A stretch of DNA of 64,000 nucleotides from Vicinamibacteria bacterium (GTDB lineage: Bacteria; Acidobacteriota; Vicinamibacteria; Marinacidobacterales; Marinacidobacteraceae): positions 1,408,001-1,472,000 of the forward strand of contig OZ219816.1 in NCBI GenBank assembly GCA_964291235.2, in the 5' to 3' direction. The notes beneath the pieces are model-generated. The model was not told the DNA's origin and did no database searches. It worked only from the letters and a program-made list of their open reading frames with translations. The translations under genes were made by a program, and so were the position numbers. Position 1 is the first letter of the stretch. Each line of letters begins with the position of its first letter. Shown here in pieces: positions 42,355-51,691 of the stretch.

Positions 42355-42451
42355 GGGCTTCCCCGATCACCCTGAGGACGGGTGCTGACGGGATGACGAG
42401 GTCCGCCGCGGCAATACACCGGCGCGGGCACGTCCGGCAGGGCCCGCACCG

Positions 42452-43750
42452 GTGCCGGGCGGCCGGGACTTCGGGAACCCGCCGTTGATCTCCGTCGAGG
42501 AAACGCTCCGCCGAATCCTCGCGCGGACTCCGCGCCTGCCGGCGGAAACCGTCGGTCTCGACGCCGCTCGGGGACGAGTGCTGCTGGAGGACGTGTTTGC
42601 GGATCGCGATCTACCCCCCTTCGACCGCTCGGCCGTTGACGGCTATGCCGTTCGGGCCGCCTGTCTGGTGGGCGGCGGCCGGTTGCGAGTCGTCGATCAG
42701 GTTCCCGCCGGGAAGATGCCGCGGGTTCGGGTGGGGCCCGGGGAAGCGGCAGCGGTCATGACGGGCGCGCCGCTCCCGGAGGGAGCCGATGCCGCGATCA
42801 TGGTGGAGGACACGGTTCGGGACGGCGAGTTCGTCCGTTGGCCGGCGCCGGGCCGGGCGCCCCGCGAGGTGCAGGCCGGGGGCTACGTGACCACCCGGGG
42901 CGCCGAGGTGCGCGCCGGCGCCCGGCTGCTTCCCGCGGGAGGCACAATGTCACCGGCAGCCGTGGGCCTTCTCGCCACCGTCGGCAAAGTCCGGGTGGCG
43001 GTCGGCCGGCGCCCCCGGGTGGCGGTAGTTTCGACCGGGGACGAACTGCGGCACCCGCGGACCCGGAGACCGCGGCCGGCGCAGATCCGCGACGCCAACA
43101 GCCACATGATCGCGGCGCGTTGCCGCGCCATGGGGTTGCCGGTGCGGCGGCTGGGTTTCGCGGCCGATGACCCGCAGCGCCTCGCCACCACGATCACTTC
43201 GGGACTCGCCTCCGACGTGCTCCTGATCTCCGGTGGAGTGTCCATGGGCCGCTACGACTACGTCGAGCCGGTCCTCGAGGCGGCGGGAGTGCGGCTGCTG
43301 GTCACCGCCGTCGCGATCCGTCCCGGCAAGCCTTTCGTGTTCGGGATCGCCGAGGGCTCCCCGCCCGTCCTGGTGTTCGGGCTGCCCGGGAATCCCGTTT
43401 CGGCCTTGACCACCTTCGAGGTGTTTGCCCGCCCGGCGCTCGAAGCGATGCAGGGGGCTTCCGACCCACGGCCGCCACAGCCCCGCGTGCGCCTGCTGGC
43501 GCCGGTTACCCAGCACGGTCCGCGGCGCGCCTTCCTGCCCGCACGCGCCGCCGTCTCCGCTGAGGGCGCCCTGACGGCGGAGCCGATCCGCTCTCAGGGG
43601 TCGGCCGACATCGCGGCGGTGGCGCTCGCGAACGCGCTGGTGGTCGTTCCCGAGAACAGCGGAACCATCCCCGCCGGCGAGGAGGTCCGGGTGCTGCCGC
43701 TCCCGGGATTTCCGGACCCCGCACCCGGATGGCATGATCCCCGCCGATGA
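42452..43750 (+). CDS. moeA: Molybdopterin molybdenumtransferase MoeA
   Basis: PPFDRSAVDGYA, MTGAPLPEGADA, STGDEL, SGGVSMG, PGKP and GLPGNP motifs. Confidence 0.95.
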   Translation: MPGGRDFGNPPLISVEETLRRILARTPRLPAETVGLDAARGRVLLEDVFADRDLPPFDRSAVDGYAVRAACLVGGGRLRVVDQVPAGKMPRVRVGPGEAAAVMTGAPLPEGADAAIMVEDTVRDGEFVRWPAPGRAPREVQAGGYVTTRGAEVRAGARLLPAGGTMSPAAVGLLATVGKVRVAVGRRPRVAVVSTGDELRHPRTRRPRPAQIRDANSHMIAARCRAMGLPVRRLGFAADDPQRLATTITSGLASDVLLISGGVSMGRYDYVEPVLEAAGVRLLVTAVAIRPGKPFVFGIAEGSPPVLVFGLPGNPVSALTTFEVFARPALEAMQGASDPRPPQPRVRLLAPVTQHGPRRAFLPARAAVSAEGALTAEPIRSQGSADIAAVALANALVVVPENSGTIPAGEEVRVLPLPGFPDPAPGWHDPRR

Positions 43751-44259
43751 GTTCCGGCAGCTCTGAGCTTCCGGCGCCACCCGGGCGCCCCCTCAGTCAC
43801 GTGGATTCCGCCGGGAGTGCGCGGATGGTGGACGTGGGAACCAAACCCGTGACGCCGCGCGAGGCCGCCGCCGAAGCCTTCGTGACCGTCTCGCCCGAGG
43901 CGCTTGACCTCGCTCGACGAGGGAACGCTCCCAAAGGCAGCGTCCTGGACACCGCCCGCCTCGCTGGCATTCAGGCGGCCAAGGCGTGCGCCAGTCTTAT
44001 CCCGCTCTGTCATCCCCTGCCCCTCGACCATGCCGATGTCTCGGCAACGTTCGAGGAGACCGGGATTCGAATCGTCTCCCGAGTGCGCTGCCGCGCCTCT
44101 ACGGGAGCGGAAATGGAAGCGCTGACCGCGGCCTCGGTGGCGGCACTGACCGTTTACGACATGCTGAAGGCCGCGGACCGGGCGATGGTGATCGGTTCCG
44201 TCCGTCTTCTCGAAAAGCGCGGCGGGGCGAGCGGCGTCTGGAGGGCGGACGGTGCCTGA
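43747..44259 (+). CDS. moaC: Cyclic pyranopterin monophosphate synthase MoaC
   Basis: ARMVDV, LIPLCHP, TGAEMEAL and YDMLKA motifs. Confidence 0.96.
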   Translation: MSSGSSELPAPPGRPLSHVDSAGSARMVDVGTKPVTPREAAAEAFVTVSPEALDLARRGNAPKGSVLDTARLAGIQAAKACASLIPLCHPLPLDHADVSATFEETGIRIVSRVRCRASTGAEMEALTAASVAALTVYDMLKAADRAMVIGSVRLLEKRGGASGVWRADGA

Positions 44260-45145
44260 GCCGCGTGGCCGGCCAGCGCACCCGGACGCCGGCGCCCGTG
44301 GCCTGGAGGCGGACCGAACTGCCCTGCGGACCACGCTCGCCGAGTGCGGATCGGCCGTCGTCGCCCTGAGCGGCGGCGTGGACAGTGCGACGTTGGCGGT
44401 CCTCTCCCACCTCGCTCTCGGGGAACGCAGTCTCGCGGTGACCGGAGTCAGCGCAAGCCTCTCCAGGCACCAGAAATCGCTGGTGGAGAGTGTTCTCGAA
44501 GCGCACCCCATGCCGCATGAGTGGTTCGTGACCGACGAATTGGCTTCTGCGGAATATCGGCGGAACACGACGGACCGGTGCTTTCACTGCAAGAACGAGC
44601 TCTACTCCGTCCTCAGGAAGTTCGCCGACCGGCGCGGCTTCACAGCGGTTCTGGACGGCACGAATGCCGACGATGCCGGCGATCACCGGCCCGGCCGCCG
44701 GGCGGCCACCCTCCATGGCGTTCGCTCGCCCTGGCTCGAAGCCGGAATCGGCAAGCAGGGGATCCGCGCCCTGGCTCGCGACCTGCGGCTGCCGGTCGCG
44801 GACGAACCCGCCTCCGCCTGCCTCGCCTCGCGAGTCCCCCGGGCGATTCAGATCGACGCCGGGGTCCTGGGAAGGGTCGAGGCTGGCGAAGAGGCGCTCC
44901 GCGAACTCGGTTTCTCGGCATTCCGGGTTCGCCATCACGGCGACCTGGCGCGGATCGAGTTGCCCGCGGCCCAGATCCCGCGCGCCCTGAGCCCGGAACT
45001 GGGCAACCGCCTCGCGGACCGCCTGCAGCGCATCGGATATAGCCAGGTAGCGGTGGATCTCCGCGGCTACCAACCCGCCGGGCTCGCCGCACCGTTCGAA
45101 CCCGACCGCGACCTCGCCTTCCTGCCTGCCGGAGCACGGGGCTGA
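44252..45145 (+). CDS. larE: LarE-family ATP-dependent sulfur transferase (PP-loop)
   Basis: ALSGGVDS, RCFHCK, DGTNADD..DHRPG, PASACLASR and RVRHHGDLARIE motifs. Confidence 0.88.
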   Translation: MPEPRGRPAHPDAGARGLEADRTALRTTLAECGSAVVALSGGVDSATLAVLSHLALGERSLAVTGVSASLSRHQKSLVESVLEAHPMPHEWFVTDELASAEYRRNTTDRCFHCKNELYSVLRKFADRRGFTAVLDGTNADDAGDHRPGRRAATLHGVRSPWLEAGIGKQGIRALARDLRLPVADEPASACLASRVPRAIQIDAGVLGRVEAGEEALRELGFSAFRVRHHGDLARIELPAAQIPRALSPELGNRLADRLQRIGYSQVAVDLRGYQPAGLAAPFEPDRDLAFLPAGARG

Positions 45146-45157
45146 CGAACGGATCCG

Positions 45158-46237
45158 TTGTTCGAAATCCGCGTTCTGGCCGATCCCGACGAAGACGACG
45201 GCTCGGGTCGGACGGTCGAGGTCCGCCTGATCGCCCGTCCGCGCCCGGACGAGGATCCCCTGGAGGACTCCCGGCTCTTCGCGGCCGGTGACCGGGAACG
45301 CATCGTGGCCTTCGTCGCGGAGTTGCTGGAACGCCACGCGGGCATGCTCCCGGCTCCCCCCCTCGAGTGCTGTCGCCGCTGTGAACGGCCGCTCGACCCC
45401 GTGGCGGAAGCGGAGAGCCGCCGCCCGTTCATTTGCAGGCGCTGCCAGCAGGCAGCCTCCCGCCCGGCGGAACTCTCGGGTGGCGGCGCGGCGGACCAGG
45501 GGCTCGAAGTGCGGTTTCTCGGGACCGGCGACGCCTTCGGCTCCGGGGGAAGGCGGCAGGCGGCCATCTTCGTCCGGGCGGTCGGCAGCCGGTGCGGGCT
45601 CCTCTTCGATGCGGGGCCCGGCTGTCAGGCGGCCCTGCGGGCCGAGGGGCTCTCAACCGATGATCTCGGGGCCGTCATCCTCAGCCACTTCCACGGCGAT
45701 CACTACGGTGGGATGCCTTTCCTGGAACTCGACGCCCGGCGCCGTGAACGCACCGAGCCGCTCCGGGTGCTGGCCCCCCCCGGGGCTCGGGAACACCTCG
45801 CGGCACTCCGCGACTGTCTCTACCGCAGTCTCCCCGTCCGGTTTGCGGAAGAGATTGAAGAGATGCTCCCCGGCGAGGTCGTCGGCCTGCCGGCAGCCGT
45901 GGGCGGCGGCTCCGCCACCGCCTTCGCCGCCCGGCACCAGCCGGAAGCCTGGGCTTTTTCCTGGAAGCTCGACCTCGGCGGCCGGACCGTGGTCTATTCC
46001 GGGGACACCGCCTTCAACGAATCGTTGATTGCCGAGTCGGCGGAAGCCGATTTGCTGATCCATGAGTGCACATCGCTGGAGCCGCTTGCCGGCCACACCT
46101 CACATCGCGAACTCGCAGCGGCGGCAAGCAGGATCACCGCTCGCCGGGTCTTGCTCGTGCACTCCGGCGATGACGTTCTAGACGCCTCAGAGGTCGCCTT
46201 CGAACGCGCCCACGACGGACTGCGCGTCATGGTCTGA
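45158..46237 (+). CDS. MBL-fold hydrolase (RNase Z-like) with an N-terminal Cys-rich extension
   Basis: FLGTGDAFGSGGR, SHFHGDH, YSGDT, DLLIHEC and LLVH motifs; about 110-aa N-terminal region containing CRRC...CRRC. Confidence 0.8.
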   Translation: MFEIRVLADPDEDDGSGRTVEVRLIARPRPDEDPLEDSRLFAAGDRERIVAFVAELLERHAGMLPAPPLECCRRCERPLDPVAEAESRRPFICRRCQQAASRPAELSGGGAADQGLEVRFLGTGDAFGSGGRRQAAIFVRAVGSRCGLLFDAGPGCQAALRAEGLSTDDLGAVILSHFHGDHYGGMPFLELDARRRERTEPLRVLAPPGAREHLAALRDCLYRSLPVRFAEEIEEMLPGEVVGLPAAVGGGSATAFAARHQPEAWAFSWKLDLGGRTVVYSGDTAFNESLIAESAEADLLIHECTSLEPLAGHTSHRELAAAASRITARRVLLVHSGDDVLDASEVAFERAHDGLRVMV

Positions 46238-46342
46238 CACAGATTCCGCAACCTCGCGACCACCGCGGGCACCGAGAACCAACCGCCGTCCCAAGATGGC
46301 GCTGCAAGCGCGCCATACCCCAAGCGCTCTATGGCGCCCGGC

Positions 46343-46576
46343 TCAATCGTCCTGCTTCCCGGAGTCGGCGTCCTCCGAACCGCTGTCCGGGTTCGTCGCG
46401 CTCGTCACACTCTTCATGGAGTTCCGGAAGTTCCTGATCCCCGCCCCGAGGCCCTTCCCGAGCTGCGGCAGCCGCGAACCGCCGAAGATGAGGATGACGA
46501 TCCCCAAGATGATGAGGAGTTCGGTCGCGCCGAAGGGGCCGACCAGAAGAATCGGAACCCACAGAAAGGAAGTCAT
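46343..46576 (-). CDS. tatA: Twin-arginine translocase subunit TatA/E
   Basis: GATELLIILGIVILIFGGSRLPQLGKGLGAGIRNFR motif. Confidence 0.93.
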   Translation of the reverse strand: MTSFLWVPILLVGPFGATELLIILGIVILIFGGSRLPQLGKGLGAGIRNFRNSMKSVTSATNPDSGSEDADSGKQDD

Positions 46577-46585
46577 GGGGCGATT

Positions 46586-47530
46586 CTATCCGGTCGGAAA
46601 CGGGAGCGCCTCCGCCTTGCCGCGCTCGAAGACGAGTGCGGCCACCGCAATGTCCTCGGCGGCGATGCCCTGGGACTCGAAGAGCGCGGAACCGGCTCGG
46701 GAACTCCCCTTCCCGGCCGCCACCACCGCGCCGATCGTCTCCAGGTCATCCCAGCACAGTTCCCCCGCGGCGACGAGCGGCGCGAGATCGCCACACTCGA
46801 TGCGCGCCTGCTCGAGGTCGTCCACCACGATGCGGCGGGCCCACCGGACCGCGGCGCGGTCGATCTCGCGGCGTTTCAGCGAATTGCCTCCGGCGGCGGC
46901 GACAAAGGTTTCCGGCCCCAGCCACTCGCCCCGGACGACCGGCTCCGCGGCGCTCGTGATCGCCACCACGATCGGCTTGCCGCGCACCGCTTCTTCCGCG
47001 CTCCCGGCGGGGATCACCTCCAACCCCAAACGGGCCGACATCCTTGCCGCGAAGCGCGTCCGCCGCTCGGGATCCCGGCAGTACGCCTCCACGCGCGTGA
47101 GCGGGCGCACCAGCGAAAGCGCCTCAACCTGCGTTTCGGCCTGGTAACCACATCCGAGAATCCCCGCGGCGGCGGCGTCCGGAGGGGCGAGGTAATCGGC
47201 CGCCACTCCGGTAGCGGCGCCGGTCCGGATCTGTCCGAGCGCGTCGGCTTCCATCACCGCGGCCAGGGATCCCGTCGCCCCCTCAAAGAGCAGGAGCACG
47301 AACCGCATCCCGTCGCGGCCCGTCAGATAGGTCTTGAGTCCGAGGAAACCGAGCGCCGCGCTGGACGCGCTCATGGTGTGCAGCATCCGCCCGGGAACCC
47401 GGACCCGCTGCCGGGGCCGATTTTCGGCACTCCCTTTCCCGAGTTCCCGGAACACCTGCTCAACCGCCACGACCGCGTCCCGCATGGGGAGCAGCTCCCG
47501 CACGAGTGATTCGGGGAAGTAGTGGATCAC
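46586..47530 (-). CDS. Ornithine cyclodeaminase / mu-crystallin family protein
   Basis: RTGAATGVAA, GILGCGYQA, ITSA..PV and FESQGIAAEDIA motifs; GTG start inferred at 47530. Confidence 0.88.
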   Translation of the reverse strand: MIHYFPESLVRELLPMRDAVVAVEQVFRELGKGSAENRPRQRVRVPGRMLHTMSASSAALGFLGLKTYLTGRDGMRFVLLLFEGATGSLAAVMEADALGQIRTGAATGVAADYLAPPDAAAAGILGCGYQAETQVEALSLVRPLTRVEAYCRDPERRTRFAARMSARLGLEVIPAGSAEEAVRGKPIVVAITSAAEPVVRGEWLGPETFVAAAGGNSLKRREIDRAAVRWARRIVVDDLEQARIECGDLAPLVAAGELCWDDLETIGAVVAAGKGSSRAGSALFESQGIAAEDIAVAALVFERGKAEALPFPTG

Positions 47531-47596
47531 CGCGACAAAGGGTACGCCGAGTCGAACGGGCTGATCACGCCGCCTTCCTTTCCTACAATGAACGGC

Positions 47597-49171
47597 ATGG
47601 ACGTGCTCACCGCGCACCAGATGCGTGAGGCGGACCGCCACACCATCGAAGAAGCGGGCATCCCCGCGCGCGTCCTGATGGAAAACGCCGGTCGCGCGGT
47701 CGCCGAGGTCGTCGCCGCCAAGGCCGCTGCCAGCGGGAGGCGCATCCTCATCCTGTGCGGACCCGGCGGCAACGGGGGTGACGGCCTCGTAGCGCTGCGA
47801 GCGCTCGCGGCGCGCGGCCTCCGAGCCACCGCCGTGTTGCTGGCCGATCCCGAGCGGCTTCGCGGAGAGACCAAAGCGAACTACGACACCGCGACGCAGC
47901 TCGCACTCCATGTCGTCCCGTGTCCCGATGAGGCCACCTGGGAATGGGCTCTTCGCCAGGCCGGCCCGGAAGGGCTCGCCGGCCCCCGCCCCGGAGTCAT
48001 CGTGGACGCCATTCTGGGGACGGGCAGTACCGGTCCGCTCCGCGGGCTCGCAGCCCGGGTGGTCGCCGACCTGGACCATGTCGGGCGGTTCCGGGACGCG
48101 CTCCGGGTCGCCGTCGATGTGCCGAGCGGCCTCTCGGCAGACACGGGAGCGGCCCCCGATCTCTGCTTCCGTGCCGACCTCACGGTGGCCTTGGCGTCGC
48201 CCAAGATCTGCCACTTCGTTTTCCCGGCAAGCGCCGCTTGCGGGGAGATCCGGGTCGTGGAGATAGGCATCCCGCGCGTCTGGCTCAACGCCGGCACCAA
48301 CGGCGTCCGGACCAACGACGAGCGCCGCGTCGTTCCTTTTTTCCCCGCCCGGGCGCTCGGTGTTCACAAGGGACAGCTGGGCCGGCTGCTGTTGATCGCG
48401 GGTTCCCGCCGGATGCCGGGAGCCGCCGCGCTGGCGGCGCAGGGCGCCCTCTCGGCGGGAGTCGGTCTGCTGACCGTCGCCGGACCTGACGACGGGTTGA
48501 CCGAGTTGCCGCCCGAGGCGATGCGGTTGCCGCTTCCGGCGACCGGCGAGGGAGAGATCTCACTCGACGGGGTGCCGGAAATCTCGGCCTTCGCGGCGGA
48601 TGCGATCGCGCTCGGGCCGGGACTCGGCAGCCGCGAAGAAACGAAGGAAGCGTTGCGCCGCATCGTCTTCACCACTTCGTGCCCCCTGGTACTCGATGCC
48701 GACGGACTGAATGTGTGGGCCGGCCGAGCCTCGCACCTGGCCCGGCGGCCGAAGCTCGCACTGACGCCGCATCCCGGCGAAGCCGCACGGCTCCTCAACC
48801 TGACCAGCGCGGACGTCCAGAACGAACGGCTGCAGACAGCGCGGCGGCTGGCGCGGGAAACCGGGGCCGCGGTGGCCCTGAAGGGGCCTGGAACGCTGAT
48901 CGCGGACCCGCGGGGCGCCGTCTTCGTGAATCGCTCCGGCGGACCCGAACTCGCCGGCGGCGGGTCCGGCGATGTCCTCACCGGAGTGGTCGGAGCGCTG
49001 CTCGCCCGCCGGTTGGGTCCGCTGGAGGCGCTCTCCGCCGGCGTCTTCCTGCACGGCATGGCGGGCAGCGACGCGCGGAAACAGAGCGGGGAGGACGCCG
49101 TCACCGCCTCCGGAGTAGCCGCCCGGCTTGGGAACGCGATCCATCGCCTGCGCACGGGGATGTCGGCGTGA
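47597..49171 (+). CDS. nnr: Bifunctional NAD(P)H-hydrate epimerase/dehydratase
   Basis: LMENAG, GPGGNGGDG, DAILGTG, DVPSG, HKG, GPGLG, DADGL, TPHPGEA and GSGDVL motifs. Confidence 0.95.
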   Translation: MDVLTAHQMREADRHTIEEAGIPARVLMENAGRAVAEVVAAKAAASGRRILILCGPGGNGGDGLVALRALAARGLRATAVLLADPERLRGETKANYDTATQLALHVVPCPDEATWEWALRQAGPEGLAGPRPGVIVDAILGTGSTGPLRGLAARVVADLDHVGRFRDALRVAVDVPSGLSADTGAAPDLCFRADLTVALASPKICHFVFPASAACGEIRVVEIGIPRVWLNAGTNGVRTNDERRVVPFFPARALGVHKGQLGRLLLIAGSRRMPGAAALAAQGALSAGVGLLTVAGPDDGLTELPPEAMRLPLPATGEGEISLDGVPEISAFAADAIALGPGLGSREETKEALRRIVFTTSCPLVLDADGLNVWAGRASHLARRPKLALTPHPGEAARLLNLTSADVQNERLQTARRLARETGAAVALKGPGTLIADPRGAVFVNRSGGPELAGGGSGDVLTGVVGALLARRLGPLEALSAGVFLHGMAGSDARKQSGEDAVTASGVAARLGNAIHRLRTGMSA

Positions 49172-49632
49172 GCGCCGTTCTGGAGACGCCGGCGAACGGC
49201 CGCGCCGTCGCCAGCCGGACCCCGGAGGACACCCTGGAGGCGGGGGCTCGCCTCGCGGCGCGTGAGCCCGGCTGCCGCGCCTTCTACCTGGAGGGAGATC
49301 TGGGCGCGGGGAAGACGGTCTTCGCCAAAGGACTCGCGCAGCACTACGGCGTCGATCCCAATCAGGTCACGAGTCCGACCTTTGCTCTCGTGGCGCGCTA
49401 CGGCCAGGGAAGACGGCCGGTATACCACCTGGATCTCTACCGGATCGAACACCCGGAGGAACTCGCGGAGCTGGGGATCGAGGAGATGGAGGAGGAAGAC
49501 GCGGTGGTGATCGTGGAGTGGCCGGAACGGCTCGCCCACTATCGCCGGCCGGACGCCATTCGCGTACGCCTTCGGCTCGAGCGGAACGGGGCCCGGCGCA
49601 TCGAGATCACGACGGAGGACGAGCCCTCATGA
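49168..49632 (+). CDS. tsaE: tRNA t6A biosynthesis ATPase TsaE
   Basis: LEGDLGAGKT, VTSPTF, HLDLYR and VEW motifs. Confidence 0.95.
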   Translation: MSAVLETPANGRAVASRTPEDTLEAGARLAAREPGCRAFYLEGDLGAGKTVFAKGLAQHYGVDPNQVTSPTFALVARYGQGRRPVYHLDLYRIEHPEELAELGIEEMEEEDAVVIVEWPERLAHYRRPDAIRVRLRLERNGARRIEITTEDEPS

Positions 49633-51074
49633 ACGCCCGGCGGCGACTCCTCGGCTGGGACACACCGCGCTCCGGGAAGCGCCGCCGCGTGACTCCCGTC
49701 CGGGCGGCGGCCCTGTTCGCGGCCCTGCTGGCGGCCCTGGCGGCGGCCGCGTGCCCGGACCCGGGCCCGCCCCCCGCTACCGAGCGGTCGAGCCTCGTTT
49801 TGGTCACTATCTCCTCGCTCCGCGCCGACCACCTCGGAATCTACGGCTATCCACGCAACATCAGTCCGAACCTCGATCTGTTCGGGGCGGCGGGGGCCGT
49901 GTTCCTCGAGGCCCTCACTCCCTGGCCCGAGACCGGCCGGGGAGCGGCCGCCCTGCTCACGGGGGTAGATCCGAGCCGGAGCAGCCGCGGGGACCCGGCG
50001 CGGCTTTTCAGCGAGGCCACGCTCGCGGCCACGCTGCGCGCTGACGGCTACCGGACGGTGGGCGCCGTCAGTCATCCGGCCCTCGCTGCCGAACTCGGTT
50101 TCGGACACGGCTTCGACGACTTCCGGGAGTACTGGGGAGACGGCGCGGCGCCGGCCACTGATGCAGTCCGCGAATTCGGGATCGGGGTGCTCGCCGATGA
50201 GACCGGAGAGCGCCCGGTATTTCTCTGGCTCCATTTTTCGGCGCCTTCGACGCCGCACGATCCGCCGGCTCAGGACCTCGAAGCCGTGCGGACGGATGCC
50301 ATGACCCCGGCCGGCCCCGGCTTTCGCAGCGGGCCCGAGCCGACCGCCGCGGTCACCGGCGGAGCGGGCTACGGCGCAATGGCCAACGCCTATGACGCGT
50401 CCATCCGGTCGGTGGACCGCGCCGTCGGCGCACTGCTTGCGAACATCGTCTCCGGCCCACTCGCCGGAAAGGCCCTGATCGTGGTGGCCGGCCTCCACGG
50501 CGAGTCCCTGGGCGAACATGGTCCGCCATTTCAAACCCCTCGCCCCCTGTTCCAGGAGACGCTCCAGGTGCCGCTGCTCCTTGGTTGGCCCGGAGACGAC
50601 GGAGCGCGCTTTCCGGCCGAAACCCGCTTCGGTTCGCCAGTGGGGATCGGCGACATCGGCCCGACGGCGCTCGAGTTGATCGGGGTTCCGCCGCCCGCCG
50701 CCGCCCCGACCGGCGCCGTGGGGAAATCGCTCGTCCCGGCGCTGCTGGGAGACGAGCCCCGGCCCCATCGCCGTCTCTACGCCCAGTCGGCAGGTGGGCT
50801 CTTCGGCGTCTTCAATGGGCGGCTACGGATGTTGCGGATACCGGTGCCCGGGCAGGAGGCGCCCCTGTTCGCGCTCTTCAACCTGGCCCGGGACCCCAAC
50901 GAAGCCGAAAACGTCTATGCGCAGGCGCGCTTCTCGATGGAACCACTGAAGGCCCAACTGGAAACCCGGCGGATCCAGACCGTCGCCTGGCAGCAGGAGA
51001 ACGAACGGGGTGAGCCCGCTCCCGAGCTTTCGCCGGACCTTGCCGCCGCGCTCGAAGCGCGCGGCTACCGCTGA
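49629..51074 (+). CDS. Sulfatase-fold (alkaline phosphatase superfamily) lipoprotein with degenerate active site
   Basis: LRADHLGIYGY...SPNLD, FLWLH, HGESLGEHG, VPLL, LFNLARDPNE and LEARGY motifs; lipobox AAAC. Confidence 0.8.
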   Translation: MNARRRLLGWDTPRSGKRRRVTPVRAAALFAALLAALAAAACPDPGPPPATERSSLVLVTISSLRADHLGIYGYPRNISPNLDLFGAAGAVFLEALTPWPETGRGAAALLTGVDPSRSSRGDPARLFSEATLAATLRADGYRTVGAVSHPALAAELGFGHGFDDFREYWGDGAAPATDAVREFGIGVLADETGERPVFLWLHFSAPSTPHDPPAQDLEAVRTDAMTPAGPGFRSGPEPTAAVTGGAGYGAMANAYDASIRSVDRAVGALLANIVSGPLAGKALIVVAGLHGESLGEHGPPFQTPRPLFQETLQVPLLLGWPGDDGARFPAETRFGSPVGIGDIGPTALELIGVPPPAAAPTGAVGKSLVPALLGDEPRPHRRLYAQSAGGLFGVFNGRLRMLRIPVPGQEAPLFALFNLARDPNEAENVYAQARFSMEPLKAQLETRRIQTVAWQQENERGEPAPELSPDLAAALEARGYR

Positions 51075-51082
51075 CCCGCAGA

Positions 51083-51457
51083 GCGGTCCGGAAGGGGGGC
51101 GCGCGGCTCTTCCGACCCTTCGTCGTTGGTTCGTGCAGAGGTGAGCCCCCCTTCCGAACCGCCCGGCGCTCCGCGCCGCAAATCGAAACTCCCTCGCGCG
51201 CTGACGCGCCCTTCGGCGAGTTCCGATTTGTCGTTAGCTTCTTGTGAAAGGGGGGAACCCCCTTTCACACTTTCCCCCGAAATCGCGGGCAGCGAACGGA
51301 GTTCGCTGCCACTTTTCTTTGGGCCCGTTACGGCGGCACCATCTTTCGCAGGCAGGGCGCGTGGCTCTTCCGACCTTCGTCGCCTGTTCGTTCCGAGGGG
51401 AGCCCCCCTTCCGGACCGCCCGGCGCTCCGCCCCCCCACCGGGAGAACTGGGCCGCG
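51083..51457. repeat. MITE/REP-like composite element with 17-bp terminal inverted repeats and a ~77-bp internal direct repeat
   Basis: GCGGTCCGGAAGGGGGG (51083-51099) is the perfect reverse complement of 51403-51419. An imperfect direct repeat links 51097-51174 and 51355-51431, and internal hairpins are present. Confidence 0.75.
51288..51320 (+). terminator. Possible intrinsic terminator (or REP-type palindrome) after the nnr-tsaE-sulfatase genes
   Basis: Perfect 10-bp stem GGCAGCGAAC-GGA-GTTCGCTGCC followed by ACTTTTCTTT. Confidence 0.5.
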
Positions 51458-51500
51458 TCGGTTGCACCACAGGCTGTTACGGGCGGTACGCCGACATGGA

Positions 51501-51691
51501 GTCGGAGCGCCGGTCTCTGACCGGCATCGCTCCCCCCAGGGGAGCGAAACCGCACATCGCTGCTCAGCCGCACGGCGCAAAGGCAAACGGGCGTTACGTC
51601 GTCCCCGCCGGGCCGTGCACTGTGCGGCTGATGAAATGTGGGAGTTTCGCGGCCTCCGGCCGCGATGCCGGCCAGAGGCCGGCGCTCCGAC
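51501..51691. repeat. REPIN-like inverted doublet enclosing nested hairpins
   Basis: 30-bp arms at 51501-51530 and 51662-51691 (28/30 complementary); inner stem 51564-51579 pairs with 51616-51631. Confidence 0.72.
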
